A stretch of DNA of 64,000 nt from Octopus vulgaris (Eukaryota). The stretch's first letter is position 1. Every line of letters starts with the position of its first letter. This document shows, piece by piece, positions 13,611 to 27,280 of the stretch. The position numbers were made by a program, and so were the translations under genes. The notes beneath the pieces were generated by a model. That model ran no database searches. It had not been told where the DNA came from and saw nothing but the letters and a program-made list of their open reading frames with translations. The stretch lies in the NCBI GenBank assembly GCA_951406725.2, contig OX597832.1, forward strand, positions 41,664,001-41,728,000. The letters are read 5' to 3'.

Positions 13611-13763
13611 TAGAAAATTATACATCATTATATTCAATTAACATGTCAAGGATAAACCATATTTATGTTTGTACTAAATAACACCATCATTCTACTTAGA
13701 ATTAAATCATAATGGCAAAGTAAATAATTTGCTATGGCATAGTAGGAAGCACACACACACACG

Positions 13764-13809
<46 letters not shown>

Positions 13810-13892
13810 TGCACACACACACACACACACACACACACAGATAGACAGACAAACAGTTAAACAGATGTGTACATAATATATCCATGTCTACT

Positions 13893-14280
13893 TTAGGCAC
13901 AAGGCTTGAAATTTTTCGGGAGGGGGCCAGTCGATTAGATCGACCCCCAGTACACAACTGCTACTTAATTTATCGACCCTGAAGGGATGAAAGGCAAAGT
14001 CGACCTCGGCAGAATTTGAACTCAGAACGTAAAGACAGACAAAATACCTATTTCTTTATTACCCACAAGGGGCTAAACATAGAGGGGGACAAACAAGGAC
14101 AGACATAGGTATTAAGTCGATCACATCGACCCCAGTGCGTAACTGGTACTTAATTTATCGACCCCGAAAGGATGAAAGGTAAAGTCGACCTCGGCAGAAT
14201 TTGAACTCAGAACGTAAAGACAGACGAAATACCACTAAGCATTTCGCCCAGCATGCTAACGTTTCTGCCAGCTCGCCACC
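13893..14280 (-). mobile_element. SINE-B dimer; second unit has a different 3' tail
   Basis: Full unit 14049-14280 joined at aaatacc|tatttc to a unit ending ...ccccctcccgaaaaatttcaagccttgtgcc. Confidence 0.85.
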
Positions 14281-14338
14281 TTCATGTGCATATATATTAC
14301 ACGCATACGCACACAGATGTGTGTGTGTGTGTGTGTGT

Positions 14339-14462
14339 GTGCATGCACACATCTTTGCATCTGTGGTTGTTCCTCATTATCACTTGATAACTGGTGTTGG
14401 TATGTTTATGTCCCCTGTAACTTAGCTGTTCAACAAAAGATACTGGTAGAATAAGAACCAGG
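14339..14462 (+). mobile_element. Diverged SINE-A tail segment, inverted near-copy of 17367-17490
   Basis: Both share cttagctgttcaacaaaagatactggtagaataagaaccagg. Confidence 0.8.
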
Positions 14463-14552
14463 ATTCTTTCAGTTTGCAGCGTGGAAGGTGTTTGTAAGCC
14501 ATTTAAGAAACACACAAAAGCCCGTTCGATTCACTTCAACATTTAAGTTTAA

Positions 14553-14603
14553 TTTGTCAAAATATTTTCGTCGCTTCAAGACCACGACCTGTTCACTGAC
14601 AAA
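14553..14603 (-). ncRNA. Mirror copy of the G3-C8 hammerhead motif
   Basis: Same elements; stem II gtcgt/gcgac (one G-U wobble). Confidence 0.55.
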
Positions 14604-14625
14604 AATCCGTGCTGCATCTCAGATT

Positions 14626-14676
14626 TTTGTCAGTGAACAGGTCGCGGTCTTAAAGCGACGAAAATATTTTGACAAA
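14626..14676 (+). ncRNA. Minimal type I hammerhead ribozyme motif, G3-C8 variant
   Basis: stem I tttgtca/tgacaaa; core GTGAACA; one extra G; stem II gtcgc/gcgac; GAAA; palindromic stem III aatatt; triplet UUU. Confidence 0.6.
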
Positions 14677-14820
14677 TTAAACTTAAATGTTGAAGTGAAT
14701 CGAACGGGCTTTTGTGTGTTTCTTAAATGGCTTACAAACACCTTCCACACTGCAATTGTCTTCGTTTCAGAACACAATCTCAGATCAAATCACTTGCTAT
14801 GCAAGTACATCTCCGTAATT

Positions 14821-14926
14821 CTTTCAGTTTCTATCTCTCAAATCTACTTGCCCAAGGTGCAGTAGGACTGAACCCAGAACCATGTGGTTGGTTAGCAAGC
14901 TACTTACCACACAGCCACTCCTGCGC
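14821..14926 (-). mobile_element. SINE-A head with internal deletion
   Basis: ggactgaacccagaaccatgtggttggttagcaagctacttaccacacagccactcctgcgc. Confidence 0.85.
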
Positions 14927-15509
14927 ATATATCATTATTTTTTCTTTTTTTAGTCAGGAGGGAAGGCAGTGTCTATGACCCTTTGCATGACCTCCTAGGC
15001 TTATGGGAAAGAAGGAGGGAAGTATTCTCAAAGTATTCTCAAGGTCCAGGAGGCAGTAATAAATTTGGCAACAGATTAAGATTACTAGCAAAAAAAGTAC
15101 TACAGTTAACTTATAATCCACCTGAACATGTATATGAGTATGTATAAACAAACACACACACACATATATACATACATAAATAGTACATCATAAAAGGCAA
15201 GTAAAACAAGGAAGAATATTAAGGAGATGACATGATAAATAAAATAATTTATGAAGTTAGTCAAGCGAAATATGAATTGGAATAAACCATGAAAAAATGT
15301 AACAAAACAATAACTGAATGTATATAATGAAAATAAAATCCCAAATGAAAGGATTAGAAGTGAATCTAAGGTTTCAGATTATACCTTTTTATTAAAGAAC
15401 AAGTCAAAATAAGGAGAGAGGGAACAGAAATAGATATGAGAGATATAACAAAATTTATGATACTGAGCTAAATGGCAAGCATGTTATATGCATGTTTGTG
15501 TGCATGTGT

Positions 15510-15587
<78 letters not shown>

Positions 15588-15589
15588 AT

Positions 15590-15786
15590 CAGTGGTTTTC
15601 AACCAGGGTTCTGCAGAACCTTAGGGTTCCGCAAGAAGTTACAAATCTGCTAAAATCGGCAGTAATTTTTAATTCTCCTGTGCAGATATGTGTGCATAAG
15701 ACTATTAAATTACTGCACAGGGGTTCCTCAAGCCATTGGAATGTTTCCTTGGGGTTCCGCTCCAGCAAAAAGTTTGAAAAGCACTG
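15590..15786. mobile_element. hAT-like MITE
   Basis: TIRs cagtggttttcaa / ttgaaaagcactg; exact 8-bp TSD gtgtacat at 15582-15589 and 15787-15794. Confidence 0.85.
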
Positions 15787-16299
15787 GTGTACATACTCAT
15801 ACACACATATGTGTGCGTTTATATTATATTATGCAACTGTGTGCTGAGATTGACTATAATGGTTCCCAATTATTTTTTTTTTGTATCTTATGGTACAGCT
15901 CAGTTTGTTTTTAAAAACAGTCATTGCTTCTTCATATTTTACTATTTCTTTATTTATCTATTTTATTTTATATTATATTTTGTAGATCAACAAGAATGAA
16001 AAGAAAAAGCAGTAAGGGAGATTAAAAAGTAGTCTGTATCATAGCGGTGTAAAAGAAACAATTGACATGGATTATATATATGTTTGTTTGTGTGTGTGTG
16101 TGTGGAAAAATATTATAATGAAATTATTGTATACATTGCTCAGGTGCTCAGAAAATGTAGCCAAAAGTGCATCAGGAAAAGCAGCCAAAAGTGCATGACC
16201 AATGCATAGAATAATACACAGAAAGTGAACAGCAAATAAGTCATTTAAAAAAAGCAGGGTAGCATCAGGTGTGTATGCATGTGTGTATATGTACATATA

Positions 16300-16610
16300 T
16301 CATCATCATCATCATCATCGTTTAAGGTCCGCTTTCCATGCTAGCATGGGTTGGACGATTTTGACTGAGGGCTGGCGAACCAGATGGCTGCACCAGGCTC
16401 CAGTCTTGATCTGACAGAGTTTCTACAGCTGGATGCCCTTCCTAACGCCAACCACTCCGAGAGCGTAGTGGGGGCTTTTTACGTGCCACCGGCACGGGGG
16501 CCAGTCAGGCGGTACTGGCAATGACCTCACTCGAATCCTTTTACACATGCCACCAGCACAGGTGCCAGTAAGGTGACTTTGGTAACGATCACGCTTGAAT
16601 GGTGCCCTTT
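16300..16610 (-). mobile_element. RTE LINE 3'UTR (family C variant)
   Basis: (CAT)n-cgtttaaggtccgctttccatgctagcatgggttggacg... Confidence 0.85.
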
Positions 16611-16635
16611 TATATATACACAGACACAGACACAG

Positions 16636-16680
<45 letters not shown>

Positions 16681-17249
16681 AACACACATGCACATAAACA
16701 CTTATATTTGCATGTGCATGTGTGTGTGTATGTACTTTAATAATTTTTTTTTTTAATTATCTAATTAAAATGACTATATAATTGCAACTTTAAAACCAAC
16801 ATCAATAAAGAAAGTTCCTTCTTAAAAACTGCTGAGTGTGTTAAACCATAAAAACAGCTGTCTTTAACCTTTAAGAACATTTTAGAAAATGTTAAACCTT
16901 AAAACAGACCGATACTCATGCACTATACATCATCGTTATCATCACCATTGTTGTCATGGTAATTGTCATCACCTTTATCCTCAGCCTCATTTCCATCATC
17001 TTTTCTCGCCTCTTCTTCTACATCCTTCTTATCAGCACCATCAACGAAATTTGATATTTGAACATGAAACATATAATTTCCTTATTAAACTTTAAAAAAG
17101 AAAATGTAGTGTTAAACTTTAAGAAGTCTTAGAAATTTTGATAAAACCGAAAAATAAAAAAAAAAAGCCATGACCTTCATTTTAAGATACATTCTGGGTT
17201 AAGATTTGGTTTTAATTGTCTTTGAAATTATTTTAAATCTTGAAATATA

Positions 17250-17490
17250 TTCTTTTGTTCTTTTACTTGTTTCAGTCATTATACTGTAGCTACGCTTGGG
17301 GATTGTCCTGAAGAATTCTAGTCAAAAGAATTGGCCCCAGTACTTATGTAAAAAATTTTTATCAAGCCTGGTTCTTATTCTACCAGTATCTTTTGTTGAA
17401 CAGCTAAGTTACAGGGGACATAAACACACCAACACCAGTTATCAAGCGATGGTCGGGAACAACCACAGATACAAAGATGTGTGCATGCAC
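17250..17490 (-). mobile_element. Diverged SINE-A tail
   Basis: ttttacttgtttcagtcatt...ctaagttacaggggacataaacacacc. Confidence 0.75.
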
Positions 17491-18366
17491 ACATGGGCAT
17501 GTGTGCACATGCACACACTCACACACATATAATAATGAAAAGAGAGAGAGTGGAAGCCTTGTGGGCCACCTAGCATGAAATGGAAAGAAGAAGAAGATAG
17601 GATGAAAAGCAAAATTAAAATCAGCAGTACTTGAATTCAGGGCACAGAAAGCTCCAATGTATCCACAAGGCATTCTGTTTGAGGATCTCCTGGCTGCCAG
17701 CTTGCTACCCATAGTAGCAATTATACCCTTTATACAATTATACCCTTTTTAATTGTTTCTGATTTAGGTTCAAGTACAGCAATTTTGAGAGGAAGTAGTA
17801 AGGCAATAACATCATCCCTAATATATGACTGGTATTTCATTTATTGATCCCCCAGATGGAAGGGATGCGATGTTGGCCCCCGTGGCATTTGTACTCTGAA
17901 TGTTAAGGGCTGGTAGAAACACTACACTTTTCTGATGCTCTGACAATTCTGTCAGCAAACAGCCCTTTTATATTGATAATAATAATGATTCTTAACATAG
18001 ATACAAGGTCACATGTTTGGACGGAGGAGAAGAGGAGTTGATTAAATCACCCCATTCATCAGCACTTGACTGGTGTTTCATTTCATTGGATGTGGAAGGA
18101 TAAAAGGCAAAGTGGACACGAGTGAGATTGAAACACATACTGTAAAGGGACATAACTGTGTCCATCACTTTTATTCTATCCAATGTCATTGCCTTATGTA
18201 TAATAATGCCAATTGAAAATTTAAAAGCTCTTCCTGCTTAAAAATTATTGTGGAGGAAAATTTTAAGTTTAAGACTTGACAAACATCTGTTGCCATAAAC
18301 AGGCACAGACAAGGATGTGTGGTTGAGAAGGTTGCTTCCCAATGATATAGTCTTGGGTTCAATCCC

Positions 18367-18580
18367 ATCATCATCATCATGATCATCATCGTTTAACATC
18401 CGTTTTCCATGCTAGCATGGGTTGGACGGTTCGACCGGGGTCTGGGAAGCCAGGAGGCTGCACCAGGCCCAGTGTGATCTAGCAGTGCTTCTACGGCTAG
18501 ATGCCCTTCCTAATGCCAACCACTCCGTGAGTGTAGTGGGTGCTTTTTATGTGCCACCGGCACAAGTGCCAGTGACACGT
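18367..18580 (-). mobile_element. RTE LINE 3' end (family C)
   Basis: (CAT)n tail plus conserved 3'UTR. Confidence 0.85.
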
Positions 18581-18971
18581 AAACACTAGATGACAACTTG
18601 GGTGTTTTCAACCATGGCCTCAAGTTGACCAAAGCCTTGTGAGTGGATTTGGTAGATGGAAACTGAAAGAATCCTGTCGTATATGTGGTGTGTGCAAAGG
18701 TATGTATGTATATATGTGTGTATATGCATGTGCATGTTACTGTCTCCCTGCCTTGGCATGGCAGGATAGTTGTAAGCAAGTGCCATCATCATTCAAGCAG
18801 CATACTTCATTTCCGATCTTTCATGAAAGTGTGTCTGGTCATGGGGAAATATTTCCTTCTCTGGAAACAGCTGAAGGTTGGCAACGGAAAGAGCATCCAG
18901 CCATAGAAACTCCATCTCAGCAAATTGCTTCTGACTCATGTCAGTATGGAAAAGTGGATGTTAAAATAATT

Positions 18972-19388
18972 CTTTATTCTTTTATTCTTTTACTTGTTTC
19001 AGTCATTTGACTGCGGCCATGCTGGAGCACCGCCTTTAGTCGAGCAAATCGACCCCAGGACTTATTCTTTGTAAGCCTAGTACTTATTCTATCAGACTCT
19101 TCTGCCGAACTGCTAAGTTACAGGGACATAAACACACCAGCATCGGTTGTCAAGCAATGCTAGGGGGACAAACACAGACACACAAACACACACATACATA
19201 TATATATATACATACACATATATAGATTGGGCTTCTTTCAGTTTCCGTCTACCAAATCCACTCACAAGGCTTTGGTTGGCCCGAGGCTATAGTAGAAGAC
19301 ACTTGCCCAAGGTGCCACGCAGTGGGACTGAACCTGGAACTATGTGGTTGGTAAGCAAGCTACTTACCACACAGCCACTCCTGCACCT
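18972..19388 (-). mobile_element. SINE-A, full length
   Basis: Reverse complement of 9601-10012. Confidence 0.9.
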
Positions 19389-19941
19389 ATAATAATGATG
19401 ATGATGATGATAATGATGATATGAACTTTAAAACTGGAGGTTACGTATGATAACCTCCAGTCTGGTATCAAATCACTGATTGTTCCATCCATCTATGAGG
19501 AAATTTGGGGGTTGCTAAAAATGTAACAAGGATTTGAAACTGTTACACACCAAGTTCCCTTTACTGTGTCTGTTTCGTATTTTAGTTCTATTTAAATAGA
19601 AATGGTTGAGTTTAGTCAACATTTACAACAACAAACACTACTTCTGCTGCAACTGCTGCTGCTGCTGTTGTGGACACAACAAGTCTGTGGGAACCATCTC
19701 GCCAATACAACCTGTAAGCCAACATCAGAGGTTGTACAATATTGATTGTTGGTTTTGCCAAAATATATTTAGAACTGAGGAAAGCAATAAACAAATTGGC
19801 ACCAAAGAGGGCCAAGTTGGGAGGGTAGGTCATGGTTGGAGTGGAGTGAGGGAGAGTTCCAACCAAAGCAGTATAATTTGGACAAAACTAGAATTAATTG
19901 GAAATTTCTATTCAACTCAGGATTTTGTTTTAAAAGAAGAC

Positions 19942-19989
<48 letters not shown>

Positions 19990-20062
19990 TGCGTGTGTGT
20001 GTGTGCACGTGCGCACGCGTGTGTGTGTATGTTTATGTGTGTGTGTTTGTGTGTGTGTGTGT

Positions 20063-20128
<66 letters not shown>

Positions 20129-20330
20129 AGCTCACTTTGATACAAAGTTAGATATTTGTAAAAGAGAAAATTAATCAACTGAACAGGCCCCAATACATGC
20201 AATACATGATCAATACTTTTTAATTGACTCTAGATGGAATGAAAAGAGAAAAACATAGACTGAAGGAGGATTTGAACTCAGAATATAGAAGGATAGAATT
20301 GTGATAAAGTTTAAAATATTTAGTTTAAAG

Positions 20331-20655
20331 CAGTAGTTCTCAACCATTTTTTATCTATGGAGTGCACTGAATATTATTTTATTTTGCTGGACTCCCATAA
20401 CCATTTGATGTTTAAAAACTAGTTTTATAAATGATTTGAAAATTTTTATTTTGTTCATCCTACATGAACTTGTTTAGGTTGAACTAAGGTAAGACATCAG
20501 AGAAAGGAACTTAGCCGTTTCTTGCAATAAATACATCTAAAGCAAAATTTTTTTCCATGGACCCTAAATGCATTTCTATGGGCCCTCAATTTTCTATTTT
20601 GTTTGCATAGACCCTCACCCCCAATCTTATATGGATCCCTGGTTGAGAACCACTG
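20331..20655. mobile_element. hAT-like MITE
   Basis: TIRs cagtagttctcaacca / tggttgagaaccactg; TSD degraded. Confidence 0.7.
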
Positions 20656-21016
20656 AATTAAAACATTGTAATGCAGCCCTGACAAGAAACAGGTTACAAT
20701 CTCTCCACTTCAATGATTATTGCTATCAAAGACAAACAGTAAAATTACAATTGCACCTGGCTCATCATCATTACGATGATCAATTCATGTCTGTTTTGGC
20801 AAGCTGGCATGGGTTGGACAATTTGACAGTGTCAGCTTTAGCATGTTTTCTATGGTTGGGTTCAAGTCGCACCAAGGTCAACTTTGCCTTTCATCCTTCA
20901 GGAACTGATAAAGTACTGAATAATGTACTAGTGTCAATGCTTCGACTAAATCCCTCTCCTCAAAACTGGTATTGTTGTTATTACTATTTCTTAGTATGTT
21001 ATTTTCCAATATATTT

Positions 21017-21422
21017 GTTTCTTTACTACCCACATGGGGCTTAAACACGGAGGGGACAAACAAGGACAAACAAACGGATTAAGTCGATTACAGTGCATAA
21101 CTGGTACTTAATTTATCGACCCCGAAAAGATGTACGGCAAAGTCAACTGCAGTGGAATTTGAACTCAGAACGTAACGGCAGACGAAATACCTATTTCTTT
21201 ACTACCCACATGGGGCTAAACACAGAGAGGACAAACAAGGACAAACAAACGGATTAAGTCGATTACATCGAACCTAGTGCGTAACTGGTACTTAATTTAT
21301 CGACTCTGAAAGGATGAAAGGCAAAGTCGACCTCGGCGGAATTTGAACTCAGAACGTAACAGCAGACGAAATACAGCTACGCATTTTGCCCGGCATGCTA
21401 ATGGTTCTGCCAGCTCGCCGCC
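21017..21422 (-). mobile_element. SINE-B dimer with TSD
   Basis: Two units joined at aaatacc|tatttc; TSD tttccaatatattt 21003-21016 / 21429-21442. Confidence 0.9.
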
Positions 21423-21751
21423 TATATATTTCCAATATATTTCGTACTAGTACTGCCCTTCAACATACTGGGACACACATAGCTAATAATACTAGTTTTT
21501 AATAGTGATTTAACTTGACTACAGCTCCGCTCTGTTGTGAAATGGATGTCCTTGTGCTGCAGTTAGGATTCATTATTGTTATTATCTTTTAAAATGTCAA
21601 TTTTGATGAGAAAGCAAGAAGAATTTTAAAAAAAGTAAATAATAAATATTTAAAAATTATGCTAAAAATTCTCTGCATTCCAGATGAGGCTAAAAGTATT
21701 GGAGGGAAATGGTAAACATATATACTACATATATAGAGATATATACTTGTG

Positions 21752-21782
<31 letters not shown>

Positions 21783-21901
21783 ATGTGTGTGTGTATGTGA
21801 GTGTGTGCGTAATACACACACTGGGATTGCAACAGTAGGACAAACTAATATGCACATCAGAAATATATGTATTCATAAACTTAACATAAACAGGTTTCCC
21901 A

Positions 21902-21934
<33 letters not shown>

Positions 21935-22103
21935 CACATTACATATACACATGTATGTATGTATATGTAAGGGTGTAAACATATCTTAGTGCATGTGTAA
22001 ATATGTAAGCATATATATTTATAAATCTATGAATCTGTATACCTTTACAGCCAAGCACATCAATATAAACACAAACATATATTCACACATACAGATGTAC
22101 ACA

Positions 22104-22157
<54 letters not shown>

Positions 22158-22548
22158 CGCACGCAATCATATACACTTATCCATAGAGACAAAGACATGT
22201 CTTTGTGATAAACTTCAGAGTAAATTTTAGTGGGAAATGATTGAAACCTTGAAAACTTTAACAATTTCAATACCAAACAAAACAAACAGAGTATAACATG
22301 TAAAATATATATGACATGTAAATATAAAATAACATGTAAAATATATATGAATGTAGCAAATTTAAACATTTCACAAGTCAGAATAAAGCAGAGGTTAGTG
22401 ACACACATTTGATATTACAGCAGCTGACACAGTTTACATAACAGACAGAATGTGTTTTCTGTGGTGTGCATGTGAGCATGTGCGTGCATGCACATGCATG
22501 TGCATGTGCCTGTACAAGTATGTGCATGCTTGTACATATACGTATGAG

Positions 22549-23090
<542 letters not shown>

Positions 23091-23311
23091 AGTATGTATG
23101 TGCGAATACGTATAGGTACATACATGCGTTTACGCAAATATATTGCTTCACTGTCGTCATTGGCGTCGTTATCTTAAAATCTCCTTTGTATGCTGGCATG
23201 GGTTAGACAGGTCATCAAATTCTGAGTCAGTTCATTTTGAAAGTCATTGCTTTGTAAGATGGCTTGAGAAACTAAGTCACACACGTATTCACAAAATATG
23301 TAATTATATAC

Positions 23312-23379
<68 letters not shown>

Positions 23380-23690
23380 ATAATATATATATATATATAT
23401 TTATCGGGCTAAAACATTTTTAAGGATTTATATATATTTGTGTGTACATGTATATATATATATATATATATACATAACTACATATATGTATATATATATA
23501 TTTATATAAACACATATACACACATATATATATATAGTTTCGTGTGTACATGTGTATTTGTGTATGTATGTATGGGTGTGTCAATATATGAATGTGTGTG
23601 TGTATGTGTGTGTTTGTGTATATGTGTGTGTGTGTTTGTGTGTATGTGTGTGTGTATGTGTGTGTGTGTTTGTGTGTATGTGTGTTTGTG

Positions 23691-23724
<34 letters not shown>

Positions 23725-24754
23725 CATGTATGTGTCCAAGCATTGAATTTTAAAGGCCAGCTAAGGACAATCACATGTGAGCAACCATGTAGAACAAATG
23801 TGAGTCGTGCTTTGTATATTTTGAATGCATGCATAAATGGGGCATCTATACTTGTATGATTATGTGTCTGTAAGTGTGTGTGTGTATGCGTATGTATGTT
23901 CATATGAATATGTCTATTTGTGTATATATACATATACATGTATGTTTATTTTTATTTTTTACATTTGGGTAATTATGGCATGTGTGTGTGTGAATTGTAT
24001 ATGTGAGTGTCTAAATGTATGTTAACACTTAATGACCCCAGTTGGATACCATTTGACTGGAAAATGGCACAGGTGTGAGTGTATTTCATTGTCTGTACCT
24101 CTTACTGTGTATAAATGGCTTTAGATAGCTTAGTGTGTTATTGGATTTATGACCTTTACCCATATAAGGTCTAGCTAGGCTTTGTATATTCATTGTCTTG
24201 ATTGCTACCAACACAAGGGTGTCAACAGATATTCCTTATGAGCCAAATCTTAAATGTTAAATTTTAGATTTAAATTTTAATTTACCCTAAGCAAACAATT
24301 TTTTCCATGATGTAATTGATTTATTCATTTACAAAAAATGTGTCTGAAACAGCTGTAGTGAACCTCAATTCATTTATGTTCTTTTATATATATATATAGA
24401 TATATATATATATATATAAATTAGAAAAAAACCACCTTTTATCAATTCAAAATGAACAATTAAATTACACCATCTAGAAAATTACATTTAATAGAAATAT
24501 TAGGAATAAAATAACAATAATATACCGATGATTAAGTAAATTGCAAAATAATAAAAACGTATATATTTGGTAGAATATTCCCTCAAATAATTATTATATA
24601 TATACTTTATTTAAAAGCAGCAGAAATTTAACAAAATTTATATATATATATATATATATATATAAAAGCAAAGTAGCTAGTAAAATCTCAAGAAGAGATC
24701 AGAGTAATAGCTATACTAACCAGTAAAGTTAGTTGCCACATCAAAGTGGCTGTT

Positions 24755-26678
24755 ATATATATATATAATATAAATTCTGTTTTGTGTGTGTGTGTGTAAG
24801 ATTATAATGGCCATGTTTTTCAACTGATTTTCTCCAAACTGGGAATATACATTACTCATGTTTCAGGAATGGTTTTAGACTCTTAAAACTTTTCACATAA
24901 CAAGTAATGGGCCCCCTGGGGGCAGAAAACACCAGTTCCTAGGTTACGTGGACAAGGGAGGTAACTCTTTGCAAAGTAACTTTCAGAAGTTGATTGTCTC
25001 CCTTACATCCATTGGTCCTAACAAATATATTGATTTTTATATTAAATTCACATTTACTTCCGGTTTTCTAGTAACAGTGACGTCTATATCTCTCTATCCA
25101 TCTTTCTCTATGTCTCTATCTATATCTCTCTATCCATCTCTATCTCTATTTATCTCTCTGTATCTATCTGTCTATATCATATCATATCTATCTATCTATC
25201 TATCTATATCTTTTTTGTTTAACTAGCTAGCTCTTTCTCTCTCCCCCTCTCTCTATATCCCACTCATTCTCTGTTGTTTTCACTTTAAGTTCAATCACTA
25301 TTGCTTTCATTGTAAGTTTTCAATCACTATTTATAGACAACGACAAATTACTGACAGAAAAAAGTTCACAATTTACATAATTTACTTACAGAAGTAACTT
25401 CATAAATTTCACTTCAATCTGTACACTTTTTAAAATTTCCCTACAAATTTCTTATTTACTTTTGCAATGTTTTGTGTTTTTTTCTTTTTTTGTGTGTGTT
25501 GATGGAATTACTGATAAAAGTAAATTCATAACATACTGAAAGAAGTAGCTTTATAAATTTCACTTCAATCCATACACTTGGTTAATTTCCCTAAAAATCT
25601 CTTATATATTTTTGCAACTGTTTTGTTTTTTTCTGTTGTCAACAACATTTTTCTGGTTCCTTCAATACTGGCTCTTTGGTTCACTGATAAATTTCACTTC
25701 CTTATTTTCCATAAAAATTTCTTATTTATTTTCTGCCCATCACATTAAGAAATATAGTTTCCGTTACCCAGTTATTTTAATCATGCCTAGAAGGAAAGTG
25801 TCAAATTTGTCTATAATGAATGTCTATGTCCAGGGAAAGAGAGACAGCTGCAGAAAAGGAAGCATACCAAGAAACGAACAGATTGTGCACTCCAAAAGCC
25901 AGAGCATCTCAAAGTGATGAACAGAGGTTTGCACAGCTGACAAGGAATAGAATCTCCACTGCAGAACAAAGAGCAGTTGCAACAGCTCAGAGAAGCAACT
26001 TCTATGAAGCAGTTTTCAATTATGATCCAGCAGTTCATTCTGCAGATGACACTAGAGTTTCCATTGGTGCAATGACAACTGAGTGCATACATTGTAAAGC
26101 AAGGAAGTGGCCTGGAGAGAATCCTGCACAGTGCTGCAGTGGTGGAAAGGTTAAACTCCCTGCAATTCTCCAACCTCCAGAACCATTGAAGAAACTGTTG
26201 TCATCAACTGACTAAGATTCCAAGCACTTCAAAATCAAATTAGACAATATAATGCTGCACTAAAGATGACATCATTTGGAGCCACAAGAGATTTAACTGA
26301 GCCAGGATTCATGCAAACATTCAACATCCAAGGTCAGATTTATCATCGGATTTGCTCTCTACTACGTCTCTCAAATGAATTACCAAAATTGGCCTTTCAT
26401 TGTTTATAATCTGTACCTGTTTTTTTGGTTAAGGAATAAGCTACACAAAATGTGTTTTTGAATTACATGTATTTACTTTATATATTTATATGGGTTAAAA
26501 ACTTTCTCTTAACATTTCACTTAACGTCTATGTTCCATGCTGGCATGGATTGGAGAGTTATTAATGTAGAAAGTTGGCATCTCAGCTACTAGCAGTTGAA
26601 ACCTGCATAATTTAGAAGACGGTATTTTAAAATTTCATTATTCACTTTAACCCAGGTAATGCCAGGTGTTTCTGCTAG
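24755..26678 (+). mobile_element. Internally deleted Helitron
   Basis: RepHel N-terminal remnant inside; 3' decayed hairpin acccaggtaatgccaggt followed by CTAG (26675-26678) then T; 5' boundary approximate, lost in (TA)n. Confidence 0.7.
25783..26390 (+). pseudogene. Helitron Rep/helicase N-terminal fragment (stop and frameshifts)
   Basis: FNYDP...CIHCKARKWPGENPAQCCSGGKVKLPAILQPPEPLKKLL, then IRQYNAALKMTSFGA...GFMQTFNIQGQIYHRICSLL, typical of Helitron RepHel N-termini. Confidence 0.9.
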
Positions 26679-26877
26679 TATATATATATATGTATATACC
26701 CAGCTGGAAATTTTGGTTATACCCTTTAAGTATTATCTCGTGATGTGCAAACTGATACCACGAGTTTACAGTAAGATATACTCATTGGGTTATTTTTGTA
26801 TTATCTGAAATAGAATAGCCGCATATCGACTAATCTCGAAAAATTGAATATTGACTTTTATCAGATACTTTGTATAG

Positions 26878-27280
26878 TTACTCTTTACTCTTTTACTTGT
26901 TTCAGTCATTTGACTGCGGCCATGCTGGAGCACAACCTTTAGTCGAGCAAATCGACCCCAGGACTTATTCTTTGTAAGCCCAGTACTTATTATATCGGTC
27001 TCTTTTGCCGAACTGCTAAGTGACGGGGACGTAAACACACCAGCATTGGTTGTCAAGCAATGCTAGGGGGACAAACACAGACACAAACATATACACACAC
27101 ATACATATACATATATACAACAGGCTTCTTTCAGTTTCCGTCTACCAAATCCACTCACAAGACATTGGTCGGCCCGGGACTATAGCAAAAGACACTTGCC
27201 CAAGATGCGACACAGTGGGACTGAACCCGGAACCATGTGGTTGGTAAGCAAGCTACTTACCACACAGCCACTCCTGCGCC
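26878..27280 (-). mobile_element. SINE-A, full length
   Basis: Family sequence with A/B boxes and tail. Confidence 0.9.

Larger units (their letters stand above)
14476..14817. mobile_element. Penelope-like fold-back insertion with 13-bp TSD
   Basis: 134-bp inverted arms 14474-14607/14622-14755; TSD attctttcagttt at 14463-14475 and 14818-14830; hammerhead-like motif in each arm. Confidence 0.75.
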
